A stretch of 64,000 nucleotides of DNA from a virus, in IMG/VR virus record IMGVR_UViG_3300045988_161801, positions 2,506 through 66,505 of that record. One strand, 5' to 3'. Positions 25,420-36,219 of the stretch are shown in pieces; the stretch's first letter is position 1; the number at the start of each line of letters is the position of its first letter. The position numbers were made by a program, and so were the translations under genes. The notes beneath the pieces were generated by a model. That model had not been told where the DNA came from and searched no databases. It saw only the letters and a program-made list of their open reading frames with translations.

Positions 25420-25866
25420 ATGATTGATATTGCAAGTTACAAGGGTTTCTACATAAAAAAGGGAGAAGAGGAAAAAGTTGAGAGTAATTCAACATGGAGT
25501 ATTCTTGTTAAAAGTATTCCGTTTAATATCGTTCCAGACGTGAAAGACTTTGCCTCTAACGATTGGAGTGACGAGAATGGAGATGATGTTTTTATTCCTT
25601 CTCAACCTTCTTACAAGGGGTATGACATGAAATTCGATTTTGTATATATAGGTGCCGAGGGAAGTGCCAACGCTAAAATTCATGATTTTTGGAGTTACTT
25701 GCAAGGTGCCGAGTTTAAATTTTATGAATCGTATTCTAAGATTGGAAGACAAGGTGTTTATTTCAAGTCTTTTGACCCCAATAGTTTCAGGAGAAGGAGT
25801 AAAGACGTTGTTCAATTTGCGATGGTGTTTAGGATAACTGATCCTGTAACAGATATTGTACTATGA
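25420..25866 (+). CDS. distal tail protein (Dit)-like
   Basis: Small ORF immediately upstream of, and overlapping, the giant Tal-like gene. The ATG at 25420 is preferred to the TTG at 25414. Confidence 0.45.
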   Translation: MIDIASYKGFYIKKGEEEKVESNSTWSILVKSIPFNIVPDVKDFASNDWSDENGDDVFIPSQPSYKGYDMKFDFVYIGAEGSANAKIHDFWSYLQGAEFKFYESYSKIGRQGVYFKSFDPNSFRRRSKDVVQFAMVFRITDPVTDIVL

Positions 25867-28800
25867 TAAAAGTTAAGGATATAAATGGTAGTACCATCAA
25901 GTTAGAAGTTCGATCTTTTAGCTACCAGGGGAATTTCATGGGCGAGAGTTACATCTCGTTTGACGTTAATTCTCCCGTTTATATAAATTTTGAAATAGGT
26001 GATTACATTGAATACAGGGGCGAGAGATTCGTTTTAAATTACATACCGTCTCCAATAAAAAATGGAACTCCTGGCAAGAGTGGGGATGCGTTCGTGTATA
26101 GGGATGTCAAGTTTAATTCCCTTGCTGACGAGTTAACAAGATGTGATTTCCTTGACGTCGTGCTGGCGGATAATCACGTTCATTTCACGTCGTTGTCTAA
26201 GTTTTCTTTTTACGCCGCCACGGTAAAAGACTTGGCAGACCGGATTCAAGCTAACTTGAACAGGTTGTACAACGGTGGCGAGGCGTGGACCGTTACCGTT
26301 GAAGAAGATGTAGCGGTTAAAGACAAGAGCTTGTCGGTGGATAACATTAATTGCTGGGAGGCCTTGTCGCTGGTAAACTCCGATTTTGATGCCAATTTCG
26401 TCATATCCGGAAGGACAATCAGGATCGGCACGGCTGGAATATCTGTCGGGACCGTCTTCGGGTACGGCAAGGGGAATGGCTTGATAAATATAGAGCAATC
26501 AACCAATAACGATAGCTTGATAGTTACCCGTCTTCGGGCTTACGGTAGTACTCGTAACATACCTTACCGTTACTACAATAACTTGAAGGATAGTAACGGG
26601 ACCCCGTTGATCCCCGAGAGCATGTACGTGAACACTTTGATGTTACCGGGTTTCGCCGAGAACGGTGGTGACGCTTACGTGGATTCACCTAATATCACTA
26701 GAATAGGGATCAGGGAGAAATCCGTGTATTTTGATGGATCGGAAGGCTTGCCAGAGATATACCCGTCGATAGAGGGGATGACGGCGGAAGAGTTGAAGGC
26801 GGCAGGGATAAACGTGAACGCTACCGGTCGGATAGATGAAATCGTGTCGGCGGAGCAGATGACGGATGACGGGATTGTACCGGAAGATAAAGAAGAGCTA
26901 GACAAGAAGACGTTCACGATAACGTTGAAGGATATAGGTTTTAACCCCGTGGACAAGAAACATCTCACTACAGAGACCCCCTTTATCTCCATGAAAACGG
27001 GGATGTGTGGTGGACGGGAGTTCGAGATTACCGGGTGCGAGGAGAAAGGAAACAATTACGTTCTAACCTGTAACAGGGAGATGGATAGTTCCATAAACAA
27101 GGCATTCCCGAATAACCCGTACCAGGTGTCTGCCGGAGACCAGTTCGTTTTCATCGGTATCGCCATGGATGATATTTACATCAAGGCAGCCGAGCAAAGG
27201 TTATTGACCGCCGCTAAAGATTACCTTTCTAACAACGACAAGAGCAAGTACACGTACTTGCCTAAAATTGACAAGGTTTTCATGGCACGTCACCCGGAGA
27301 TCGCCAGTTCATTGAAAGAGGGAAATATCCTTGATTTCAAGGATACCGATCTAGGTATAGACGCTTCGGTGATAATACAGTCTCTAGTGATAAAGGAAGG
27401 TGGTCCCGTCCCGGAATACGAGATAACCCTTTTCAACGACAAGGTTGTTTCCACGATCGAAAAAATACAAAATTCTATCACTAGCCTCGCCAGTAATACC
27501 GGGATAACTATCGAGCAAGCCAAAAGTTTGTTCGCCACGTGGGTCGAGGCATGGCGGGTAAAGTGGTTCGATCAAAAACTCCACACCTTCGATCCCGTCC
27601 AGTTCAATAGCGTTACATCCCCTCTTTTCGTCTTCAACGAGCTTACCACTCCCGAGTTCGTTTCGGGCCTTCTCGGTGCCGGGACAAGGCTAAAGGACAA
27701 TCACCTTGAACTCGACGAGATCACCGTGAGGAAGCGCATGAACGTCTTCGAGTTGTTTATCCAGCGTGTTCGTGCCGTGGGAGGACAGTTGCTCCTGTCC
27801 CCGGCAAGCATCAAGATTTCAACCGTGGAAGAGCTAGAGAACGGTTACAAGTGTTCATTCAACACCGATGACCAGACCATCCCTGAGCCTTTCGTGTTAA
27901 ACGACCAAGCCTTTCACCAGACGTTTACAGGGAAAGGTATAAACCGTTACTGGCGTTTGACAACCGAGGCGGGAGACGATTACTTCGTCTTGAGTAAAAC
28001 GGATTGCGAACCGGGTTCGGGGATACCACAACCCGGAGACGAGGTGATCCTGCTCGGTAACAGGACGGACAAGGCTCGTCAAAGTGCCATGATGCTCAGT
28101 GCTTACGGTAACGATGCCCCTTACCTTGACACTTACGACGGTATAAACGATTATAACCTTAGCGGTAAATTGCTCACTAGAGAGGGGAACCTAACCGGGA
28201 TAGTGGATGAAGTGTTCGGACAATTATCTGGATCTGGGTTTTACGGCAAGAACGTTTATTTGAGGGGAAAATTCGCCCTCTCTTCCGGTGTCAGCGTCGA
28301 TGACAAGTTCGGTCAAACCGATTCTCAAATGAACAACTTGCAAGGACAATTAACTAACCAGCAAGGGCAGTTAAACACGCAGCAGGGACAGATAACGAAC
28401 ATTCAAACGGACATACTCGCAATCCCCGGACAGATCAAGCAAGAGGTGTCGCAAACCGTGACGTACGAGGTTGGCAACCTCCAAATCGGCATGGTCAACT
28501 TGTTGAAGGGGAGTAACGTGGAAGGTAACCCTAACAATTACCTGGTATCTGTATATTATTACGATAAGAAACCGGAAGTTGGCAAGGAATACTCTCTAGT
28601 ATTGTGTTACACGTTAACAGAAAATAACACTAGTATCACAGTTTGCCAAAATGGCGGTTCTCACAAGATTCACTCTTTTACCAAAAAAGGAAATCACGTG
28701 ATAGAGAACTACACTTGGAAGTGTTCCATTGAAACGACTCAAGATCTCATGGGTTTTTTCCAACTCCCCAACGGCACCTACGGCAGTAAAGTACACTGGG

Positions 28801-31800
28801 CCGTACTCGTGGAAGGTAACAAGGGACCTAATAGCTGGATACCGTCACAGGCTGACAATGATGCTAAAGCCCAAGCCATCGCAAAGGCCGAGGCAGAACT
28901 AGCCGAGGTCAAGGCAAATGCCTATGCTGATGGTATCGTGACGGAAGCGGAGCAGAACGCTATCAACGAGGCACAGGCTAGGCTAGACGCTTTAAAAATA
29001 GGCTCGGTGAACTTGATTTCCAAGAAAATGATGCTAGCTTGGAACGAGAAAAAAGACGGCATAGCAGTGTGGGGACAGGATGCGGATGGGATATACTTGG
29101 GAATAAACCAAGAAGCACTTTACACGTATGTTTGTGGTGGTACCGCACATAATGACTTGTTTGGAGGGACGATAAAATATAAGGACAACACGCAATATGT
29201 CTTTCAAGTTAAATGGAAATTAGCGGGAGAACAAACTAATGATAATAGTGGAGTATCTTTTTGGGCGTTATACACGGATGGAACGAATGATGTAATGCGA
29301 CTTGGATCATTGCAAACATCTTTAATTGTAGAAAGTTTCATCACGAAAAAAGGGAAAACCGTTGAAAAGATATTTTCTTCTTACGGGACTAACACGTACC
29401 GTTCACTTGTTTACTCCCTCGCCCTCTACGAGGGTAACAAGGTCTTGGCCGAACCTCCTGTTGCGACTGAAGACCTAACCGGGCAGAGTAACGTGAACCT
29501 GGTGGACGGGGGGAAAGAGGTGACGGTAGCAAGTAGCTATTATAGCACGCTTAAAGTACCCGTGCTAAAGCCTAACACCGTGTACACGGTTCGGTTTACC
29601 AACGTGGAGGTAATATCTGGAGATACCCCTTCCGGGTACGAGTTCAGGTTATACGACACGAAAATATCCGCAAATTACGCCACAGTAAAAATAAAAGCTG
29701 GAGATAATCACGGGATATTAATTACCTCTAATAACTTTACCGTTCCAATAGAGGGAAGATTACTCTTTTATCCCGGTATACAATCCGAAGGGATAATACG
29801 GAGTGTTAAATACACCGAAATCATGCTCGTTGAAGGTTTCACCCCTCCTTCTTCTTACTCCCCCTCGCCTGGTGACGTGGCAAAGGATATTAAAGACGTG
29901 AGCGATGCCGTTTCTAATCTGGACACCACGATTAACACCACGTTCAAGGACGGTATCATCAGCGAGGCAGAGGCGAAAGCGATAGCTTCAAACATAAACG
30001 TGTTGAACGCTGAAAAGGCAGATATTGACGCTTACTATAACAAATTATACGCTAACACCTATCTAACCGGGACGGCTAAAACGAACCTTGCAAGTGCTAA
30101 AACGGCATACAACACCGCTCACACGAACTTGATCAACTCGATCAACACGGCTATCGCAGACGGGAAGACAACGGCAACGGAGAAAGCTGACGTGGACGCT
30201 AAATTCTCCGCTTACAATAACGCTTTATCCGCTTACCAAACGAGGGTCGGGGAAGCGGACAAGGCGATACAGGACACGATAAAGAAAGTTGCGGATAATG
30301 CTCAAACATCGGCCAATACTGCCCAATCAGCCGCCAATGCCGCTCAATCAACGGCGAATCAAGCGCAGGCTGATGCTAATGCAGCAAATTCAAAGCTAGC
30401 AACTTGGGCGAGCGATAACTACATCTCCCCGCAAGAGAAAACGGCATTGAGGCAGCAGAAGAGCGATATACAATCCGAGCAGAAGGACATCGAGGCGAAC
30501 GCCAACAGGTATGTAATCTCGTTAGCGTCTTACATGGCGGCATACAACGCAGCCATAGACGCTTTAAACAAGTACACCGCAACGTCACCGGAAAACATAG
30601 CGGTGGAGTCAGATTACAACAACATATCTGCCTACTACACCGCCCGTCAAACTATCCTTAACTCGATAGCGGCAGCGGCGAAAGCGCAAGCCGACAAGGC
30701 AACCTGGGCGATCGGCATGGACGGGGGAAAGATGCTGTACGATGACCCGGAGTTCAAGAAGGGATTAAACGGGACTAGAACTTATGGTGCGCAGAATGGC
30801 GGGGGAACCGTGGTAATATCTCGCACGAAAAAATCAACAGGTCAAAATCAAGCGGGATCGTTGACATCCACCGAGGCGGCCCAAATAAAGGAAAAACTAG
30901 CGGGTTCCCCGTACTCGGAATCGGATTGGTGCTTGTACATCAAGTGTCATGGTGGCACGTCAACAAATCATCTAGGGGGATTCTACTTCGGGAATCAATC
31001 GAGAGCGAATGCCGTGTTCATCGTGAAAGTGAGTGCCAAAATACCCGTCGGGTACACGCTTAAAAACGCTCATAATTCACATGGAGCTGGTTGGAAGCAA
31101 GAATTTCTAACCCCCATGGTGGGAACGGGGAAATACGAGACTTACATCTTCAAGGAAACGTGCGGTAGCATAGGTACTTTTAGCACGATTAATCACCTTT
31201 GCCTTTCCGGCCCGGTAAAACCGGATAGCGACCCTTTGGAATGGTTCGTGGACTACGCCACCGTTTTCGACCTGACCGCCGACGGGTACGGGGACATCGT
31301 GGAGATAGCCAAGACCGAGACCGTCGCAGGGATAAACAACAACCCGGACTCCGTGACCGTTTACGCCAAGAAGACCGATTTTAACTCGTTAAATCAAGTT
31401 GTCAACCAGCAAGGTTCTCAATTACAAGTCAACACGAACAGCATTGATGCTATCGTCACGAAGAACGGAAGCGGGACTATCGTTTCTATTAAACCGGAAA
31501 TGGTTGAGATTACCGGGGCCACGGTGATAAAAGACGGGAACGGGAACAAGGTTAACATTTTCGGTGTCGGGGACAAGGTTATTTCGGTGAATGGAGGGGT
31601 GTTCTCCGTTGACAAAGCTGGTAAGGTTATCATGCAAAACGCCGAGATTACCGGGAAGATTACAGCTAAAACCGGAGAAATAGGTGATTTCACGATAGAT
31701 GGGATATGGTTAAAAGGAAGTCAATTAAGAATATCCGGGAGTCAAATAACATTTGAAAACGGTAACAATCAAGTTTACTTAAATAGCCACCCGGACATGG

Positions 31801-32297
31801 CAACTGGCGGTGCAGTGAAGCTTGGGACATTCGTTTTGACGGGAGGTAGTTATAACGGACTGGAAAGTGCACGAGCTGTCGCCTTGATAGCTGCTGCCCC
31901 TAGCGATAATTATTCTTGCGCCATAGCAGTCACGAGCGGTAGGGTTCTCATGAAAGGCCAAATCCACTTTGACAACGTGGTTACTTATACTGGAAGCGGT
32001 GCGGTTACCATAACTGCTGACTCTGGACATTTCATTTATTTAACTCCCATAACTGGTAATCCAGTGGTTAGCGTGTCTTCTGGTTTGCCTATCGGGAGCT
32101 GGTTTATTATAGCACATGCAACAACTGCGGGAGGCTTTTATTACATCAAGCTGAGTGGATCGGATCGTTTTAGACGGAGAGGTAACGCGTATCAACAGGT
32201 AAACTCGAATAACCAAGATCCATCTTTGATATTTAAAGTCAATAATACCACGTGGGTCATTGGGAATTTACCCGTGAACTGGATAGATTGGAATTAA
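25863..32297 (+). CDS. tail-associated/central fibre protein (Tal-like), 2144 aa
   Basis: The N-terminus (MIKVKDINGSTIKLEVRSFSYQGNFMGESYISFDV..GDYIEYRGERFVLNY) resembles prophage-tail N-terminal domains. The middle has Q-rich heptads (QGQLTNQQGQLNTQQGQITNIQ) and Ala-rich coiled coils. Confidence 0.7.
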   Translation: MIKVKDINGSTIKLEVRSFSYQGNFMGESYISFDVNSPVYINFEIGDYIEYRGERFVLNYIPSPIKNGTPGKSGDAFVYRDVKFNSLADELTRCDFLDVVLADNHVHFTSLSKFSFYAATVKDLADRIQANLNRLYNGGEAWTVTVEEDVAVKDKSLSVDNINCWEALSLVNSDFDANFVISGRTIRIGTAGISVGTVFGYGKGNGLINIEQSTNNDSLIVTRLRAYGSTRNIPYRYYNNLKDSNGTPLIPESMYVNTLMLPGFAENGGDAYVDSPNITRIGIREKSVYFDGSEGLPEIYPSIEGMTAEELKAAGINVNATGRIDEIVSAEQMTDDGIVPEDKEELDKKTFTITLKDIGFNPVDKKHLTTETPFISMKTGMCGGREFEITGCEEKGNNYVLTCNREMDSSINKAFPNNPYQVSAGDQFVFIGIAMDDIYIKAAEQRLLTAAKDYLSNNDKSKYTYLPKIDKVFMARHPEIASSLKEGNILDFKDTDLGIDASVIIQSLVIKEGGPVPEYEITLFNDKVVSTIEKIQNSITSLASNTGITIEQAKSLFATWVEAWRVKWFDQKLHTFDPVQFNSVTSPLFVFNELTTPEFVSGLLGAGTRLKDNHLELDEITVRKRMNVFELFIQRVRAVGGQLLLSPASIKISTVEELENGYKCSFNTDDQTIPEPFVLNDQAFHQTFTGKGINRYWRLTTEAGDDYFVLSKTDCEPGSGIPQPGDEVILLGNRTDKARQSAMMLSAYGNDAPYLDTYDGINDYNLSGKLLTREGNLTGIVDEVFGQLSGSGFYGKNVYLRGKFALSSGVSVDDKFGQTDSQMNNLQGQLTNQQGQLNTQQGQITNIQTDILAIPGQIKQEVSQTVTYEVGNLQIGMVNLLKGSNVEGNPNNYLVSVYYYDKKPEVGKEYSLVLCYTLTENNTSITVCQNGGSHKIHSFTKKGNHVIENYTWKCSIETTQDLMGFFQLPNGTYGSKVHWAVLVEGNKGPNSWIPSQADNDAKAQAIAKAEAELAEVKANAYADGIVTEAEQNAINEAQARLDALKIGSVNLISKKMMLAWNEKKDGIAVWGQDADGIYLGINQEALYTYVCGGTAHNDLFGGTIKYKDNTQYVFQVKWKLAGEQTNDNSGVSFWALYTDGTNDVMRLGSLQTSLIVESFITKKGKTVEKIFSSYGTNTYRSLVYSLALYEGNKVLAEPPVATEDLTGQSNVNLVDGGKEVTVASSYYSTLKVPVLKPNTVYTVRFTNVEVISGDTPSGYEFRLYDTKISANYATVKIKAGDNHGILITSNNFTVPIEGRLLFYPGIQSEGIIRSVKYTEIMLVEGFTPPSSYSPSPGDVAKDIKDVSDAVSNLDTTINTTFKDGIISEAEAKAIASNINVLNAEKADIDAYYNKLYANTYLTGTAKTNLASAKTAYNTAHTNLINSINTAIADGKTTATEKADVDAKFSAYNNALSAYQTRVGEADKAIQDTIKKVADNAQTSANTAQSAANAAQSTANQAQADANAANSKLATWASDNYISPQEKTALRQQKSDIQSEQKDIEANANRYVISLASYMAAYNAAIDALNKYTATSPENIAVESDYNNISAYYTARQTILNSIAAAAKAQADKATWAIGMDGGKMLYDDPEFKKGLNGTRTYGAQNGGGTVVISRTKKSTGQNQAGSLTSTEAAQIKEKLAGSPYSESDWCLYIKCHGGTSTNHLGGFYFGNQSRANAVFIVKVSAKIPVGYTLKNAHNSHGAGWKQEFLTPMVGTGKYETYIFKETCGSIGTFSTINHLCLSGPVKPDSDPLEWFVDYATVFDLTADGYGDIVEIAKTETVAGINNNPDSVTVYAKKTDFNSLNQVVNQQGSQLQVNTNSIDAIVTKNGSGTIVSIKPEMVEITGATVIKDGNGNKVNIFGVGDKVISVNGGVFSVDKAGKVIMQNAEITGKITAKTGEIGDFTIDGIWLKGSQLRISGSQITFENGNNQVYLNSHPDMATGGAVKLGTFVLTGGSYNGLESARAVALIAAAPSDNYSCAIAVTSGRVLMKGQIHFDNVVTYTGSGAVTITADSGHFIYLTPITGNPVVSVSSGLPIGSWFIIAHATTAGGFYYIKLSGSDRFRRRGNAYQQVNSNNQDPSLIFKVNNTTWVIGNLPVNWIDWN

Positions 32298-32328
32298 TTA
32301 TAAATTCAATAATTTTTAAATAAATATC

Positions 32329-32625
32329 ATGGAAATAAATTATTACATTTCAGCAAGAGGAGAGTCACTGGTACAAGGTATCAACGTGTCTTTATCCGCC
32401 GAGTTTCAAAAAAACAACATCCCCGCTACTGTATCTTTCAGCTCTAGCGGTAATTTCGACGTGAACGGGGAACCAGTTTTCATGAACATCAATGGCGGCT
32501 ATAACGTCGAGAAGAGAATATTCAATAACTTGAACAGTTCTTTCCTACCTTCCGGTTTTGTTGCGGAACTTGAAACTACGGTTATAGAATTCTTTAACCA
32601 AATTAAAATCGATCAAGCGTTATGA
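32329..32625 (+). CDS. hypothetical tail-module protein
   Basis: 98-aa ORF. Confidence 0.45.
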   Translation: MEINYYISARGESLVQGINVSLSAEFQKNNIPATVSFSSSGNFDVNGEPVFMNINGGYNVEKRIFNNLNSSFLPSGFVAELETTVIEFFNQIKIDQAL

Positions 32626-32915
32626 GGTACGAATTTGACGTGAACAAGCTAGACCTAGTTGATCTTGACGGTCACGACTGGAGAAACGGTTTTCCGGATG
32701 ATAAGCCTTTGAACAAACACATCGCTAGTAGCGTGTATAATCAAGTGAGAGACGTTGGACTTGATGACAAGTGCAAGGCCATTTACAATGGAGAAAAGGT
32801 CGAGTTTGATGATAGGGAGAAAGAATTATTCGAGAAAACAATCAAGGAACTCGGGATAAGTCCCGGCTTGGTCGAGCGCAGGATATTGCAACAAATCGTG
32901 AAGATCGGGGAATAA
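32622..32915 (+). CDS. hypothetical protein
   Basis: 97-aa ORF with a 4-nt overlap with the upstream ORF. Confidence 0.45.
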   Translation: MRYEFDVNKLDLVDLDGHDWRNGFPDDKPLNKHIASSVYNQVRDVGLDDKCKAIYNGEKVEFDDREKELFEKTIKELGISPGLVERRILQQIVKIGE

Positions 32916-33006
32916 AAAAGGGGCGTTCCGTCTCGGAACAGACCCCGCTTATGCAAGAGGCTACCTTGTAACCCCGAGACAAAGGTATAACTTAAATTTA
33001 AATATC

Positions 33007-33183
33007 ATGAAGAAGAAGCAAATTTTTTGGTTGATCGTTACTCTAGCGGCGGTGGCGTTGATCGTTCTCGTGAAGGTAGTCCCGGCTTGGGTGTCGTTGA
33101 CGAGTGTTATTTCCTTCGGTTGCGGCGTGGTGCTGGGATACTGGGTCAAGATGTTTCGTGACAAGCACGTTAAAGCGGAATAG
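33007..33183 (+). CDS. small two-TM membrane protein (holin/antiholin candidate; 58 aa, not in the ORF track)
   Basis: ATG at 33007 and TAG at 33181. Translation MKKKQIFWLIVTLAAVALIVLVKVVPAWVSLTSVISFGCGVVLGYWVKMFRDKHVKAE. Preferred over the antisense track ORF 32961-33164. Confidence 0.5.
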   Translation: MKKKQIFWLIVTLAAVALIVLVKVVPAWVSLTSVISFGCGVVLGYWVKMFRDKHVKAE

Positions 33184-33185
33184 TC

Positions 33186-33611
33186 ATGGAAGAGAGAAAC
33201 GTGATAGGTGGGTTCATGGCGGCGATCATGAGTAACCTGCTAGATTTCATGGAGCCCTTGAAATGGTTCTTGCTGCTGGGTTTCATACTGATCATCGTTG
33301 ACCTTCGTTTCGGTATACTGGCGGCTAAAGCACGTGGGGAGGTAATACGCCCGTCTAGGGCGATACGCCGCACTGCCAACAAGATCATAGATTACCTGTG
33401 CTGGATACTCGTGGCGGGGGCGATGGGGAAAGCCTTCGGTATTCCTTTTGACGTGCCGATATTGCCGTCTATCGTTTTGCTGGTGGTGTACGGTTGCGAG
33501 ATAAACAGTTGTTACGGGAACTACTTCGAGGCTCACGGGAAGAAGGTCAAGATCAACATTTTCAAATTATTCGCCAAGAAGGCGGACATAATAGAGGTTA
33601 AAGATGAATAA
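33186..33611 (+). CDS. holin-like multi-TM protein
   Basis: 141 aa with 3-4 hydrophobic helices. Overlaps the endolysin start. Confidence 0.55.
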   Translation: MEERNVIGGFMAAIMSNLLDFMEPLKWFLLLGFILIIVDLRFGILAAKARGEVIRPSRAIRRTANKIIDYLCWILVAGAMGKAFGIPFDVPILPSIVLLVVYGCEINSCYGNYFEAHGKKVKINIFKLFAKKADIIEVKDE

Positions 33612-34020
33612 CGAGAAATTAAGCGAGAATTTTACCATAGAGGAGTTCACAAGGAGTGATAAGGCTAAAGAACTAGGGATAACAAACGAGCCGGGAGAGA
33701 AAGAACTGGCGGCGTTACGTGTACTGGTTAGCCGGACGATACAGCCCTTGCGGGACAAGCTAGGTGTTCCAATCCATGTTAATTCGGGATACAGGTGTCC
33801 GGAGCTGAACAAGGCGGTGGGCGGTGTACCCATGTCGCAACACCAGAAAGGCGAGGCGGCAGATTTGAGTATTGACGGGAAGGCGAATGACATTCTAGAG
33901 GCGTTAGAGAATAACAATATCCCCTTCGATCAAGCGATTCTTTACAGGAAACAGAACTTTCTTCACGTTTCGTTAAAGCTTGACGGGGTACAAAGGAGTA
34001 ACGTTATAATAAAGATGTGA
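33604..34020 (+). CDS. endolysin, peptidase M15 (D-Ala-D-Ala carboxypeptidase-like)
   Basis: ENFTIEEFTRS..VNSGYRCPELNKAVGG..SQHQKGEAADL..FLHVS matches the M15 H/D/H zinc-site pattern. Confidence 0.85.
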   Translation: MNNEKLSENFTIEEFTRSDKAKELGITNEPGEKELAALRVLVSRTIQPLRDKLGVPIHVNSGYRCPELNKAVGGVPMSQHQKGEAADLSIDGKANDILEALENNNIPFDQAILYRKQNFLHVSLKLDGVQRSNVIIKM

Positions 34021-34021
34021 C

Positions 34022-35851
34022 ATGAGAATAAGGGTAGGCAAAAACATATTTTTCAAGATAACGGTGAACCGGCTGAACGACGAGCCGGAAGATTTCACGG
34101 ACGCTAGAAACGTGAAATTGACGATAAACCGGAAGTACAGCAGTTATCAAGTATCTCCCCCTCTAACGATACACGACAACATTATCGAGTTCGAGTTCGT
34201 TGGCGGAGGTAACGCAACGTCAGGACAGTACGAGATACACCTGTATTACGAGAAGCTGAACGAGGCCAGCGTGACCGGTATTGACAAGTTCTACCTTGAC
34301 TTCTGTAACGCTTTCATTCTCGTTGACTTGACTTGCAAGGAAGACACCGGGTTCGAGAGCGAATCACCGTCTATCAACTTGAAAGGGATTATCGAGCGTA
34401 ACAGAGACGGGAAAGACGGGGTGACACCGAGAATAGACCCGGAGACGAAGCACTGGTTAATCGGTTTCGAGGATACCGGGATCGTAGCGGAGGGGAAAGA
34501 CGGGTTAACCCCTTACATCGGGGAGAACGGTAACTGGTTTATCGGGGACGTTGACACCGGCAAACCTTCCCGTGGTAAGGCTTTCGAGTATTCCGATTTC
34601 ACGGAAGAGCAAATCAAGGAGTTACAGGAGCCGGCTAGAGCCATGATCGATGCCTTGGATACCCTTGATAAAGCGGTGACTGCAAACGAGCAACAGCGAA
34701 TCAATAACGAGAATACACGTGTTTCCAGCGAGAATGCCCGAAAAGAATCCGAGAGCCTGAGAAAAAGTGCAGAGGATACCCGTGCCAGCAACGAGGAAGC
34801 TAGAAAAAAGGCAGAGACTGGCAGGGCGAGTGCCGAGGATAACAGGGTAAAAGCCGAGCAATCGAGGGTTGAATCGGAAAGCAACAGGGTGAAAGCGGAA
34901 AACACCCGTGTCGAGAAAGAGAACGAGCGTCAAACGGCGGAGAACACCCGTGACACGAACGAGCAATCACGAAAAGAAGCCGAAACGAACCGGGTAACGG
35001 CAGAAGAAGGACGTGTTACCGAGTTCAACCGCTTGAAATCCGAATCGGAAACGGCAACGCAAAACGCCACCGAGCAAGCCGATTACGCCAAGCAGCAAGG
35101 GGATAACGTCGCGGGGACGGTGAATGAGATAAAGACAGCGCAAGATGAATTAACGACAAGTATAAACAACCTCACCACCATTCTCAACACCCAACAGGGA
35201 AACAGGGCCTTGTACGTTGCCGCCGGGGCTGTTTATAATCAAAATACAGGCTTCTACGAGCTGAACGGGTTGACGGATATAACGGAGGAGCAGATGAGAG
35301 AGATTTATGTTCAAACGAATCCAACCAAAAGAGTTGCTGATTTATGTTCCGTTTTAAACGCTTCTTCTATTAGGACAAATTTCCCATTTTTAAATAGAGG
35401 GGGGTATAAAAATATCGATTGCTACGCAGCTTTTGCTAATTGTACTAATTTAGAAGTTGTTGCTTTTGGCGCAAGAGATAGAGATAATTTTTTCCCAAGT
35501 AGAATTATCTATGCGTTCATTAATTGTATTAAATTACGTGAAATCAAAAGCGTTTTAAATGTAACATCACTTGAATCATATAATAATAAATTTTTAAATA
35601 CTTTTTCAGCCTGTAGAGCATTAGAAAAAATTTTAATATTGAATTTAAAGGACAATATTTCATTCCCTGATTCTCCATTACTTTCTCTTGAATCATTGCA
35701 ATACCTGATCACCAACGCCGCCAACACGTCACCGATCACGGTTACCGTTCATGCTGGCGTGTACGCAAAGATTCAAGATGAAACAAACGCTGAATGGCAC
35801 GCCTTGATCGAGACCGCAGCAGCTAAACAGATAACATTCGCAACCGCTTAA
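34022..35851 (+). CDS. tail fibre / receptor-binding protein with C-terminal BspA-type leucine-rich repeats
   Basis: Repeated GKDG(V/L)TP..W.IG..DTG motifs, then a long E..R coiled coil (ENTRVSSENARKESE...). C-terminus has NIDCYAAFANCTNLEVVAF..FINCIKLREI LRR units. Confidence 0.7.
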   Translation: MRIRVGKNIFFKITVNRLNDEPEDFTDARNVKLTINRKYSSYQVSPPLTIHDNIIEFEFVGGGNATSGQYEIHLYYEKLNEASVTGIDKFYLDFCNAFILVDLTCKEDTGFESESPSINLKGIIERNRDGKDGVTPRIDPETKHWLIGFEDTGIVAEGKDGLTPYIGENGNWFIGDVDTGKPSRGKAFEYSDFTEEQIKELQEPARAMIDALDTLDKAVTANEQQRINNENTRVSSENARKESESLRKSAEDTRASNEEARKKAETGRASAEDNRVKAEQSRVESESNRVKAENTRVEKENERQTAENTRDTNEQSRKEAETNRVTAEEGRVTEFNRLKSESETATQNATEQADYAKQQGDNVAGTVNEIKTAQDELTTSINNLTTILNTQQGNRALYVAAGAVYNQNTGFYELNGLTDITEEQMREIYVQTNPTKRVADLCSVLNASSIRTNFPFLNRGGYKNIDCYAAFANCTNLEVVAFGARDRDNFFPSRIIYAFINCIKLREIKSVLNVTSLESYNNKFLNTFSACRALEKILILNLKDNISFPDSPLLSLESLQYLITNAANTSPITVTVHAGVYAKIQDETNAEWHALIETAAAKQITFATA

Positions 35852-35862
35852 ATTTAGAAACA

Positions 35863-36219
35863 ATGATACAGATCACGAGCAAAGAAGTGTACAGCGATTC
35901 CGGCAAGTTCGTTCATCGACTTGGCACGGAATCTTATTTCAAACGATCTACCTTGTTACCGGGTGATACAGTAGATAAATTCGAGGAAGTTGATGAAATA
36001 CCGGAAGAAACGGGAACTAACTACAATGAAGAGGTGAATAGCATGATTCGACAGAGATACTCTCTTTCTGAAGAGTTAGCCATCCTCCGACAAAGGGATT
36101 CAAAGCCGGACGAGTTCGAGGCTTACAACGAGTACGCCGAGTATTGTAAAGTGGAAGTAAAAAATAGAAAGCATGAAACCAACGATACTTTTAATGATCT
36201 TGTTGATGTCGGGTTGTAA
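35863..36219 (+). CDS. hypothetical protein
   Basis: 118-aa ORF. Confidence 0.45.
   Translation: MIQITSKEVYSDSGKFVHRLGTESYFKRSTLLPGDTVDKFEEVDEIPEETGTNYNEEVNSMIRQRYSLSEELAILRQRDSKPDEFEAYNEYAEYCKVEVKNRKHETNDTFNDLVDVGL

Noticed and set aside
32961-33164. 67-aa - strand ORF between the tail and lysis genes
   Set aside because: The opposite strand carries a better 58-aa two-TM ORF (33007-33183). That ORF has an ATG, sits 2 nt before the next gene and is co-oriented with the whole operon.
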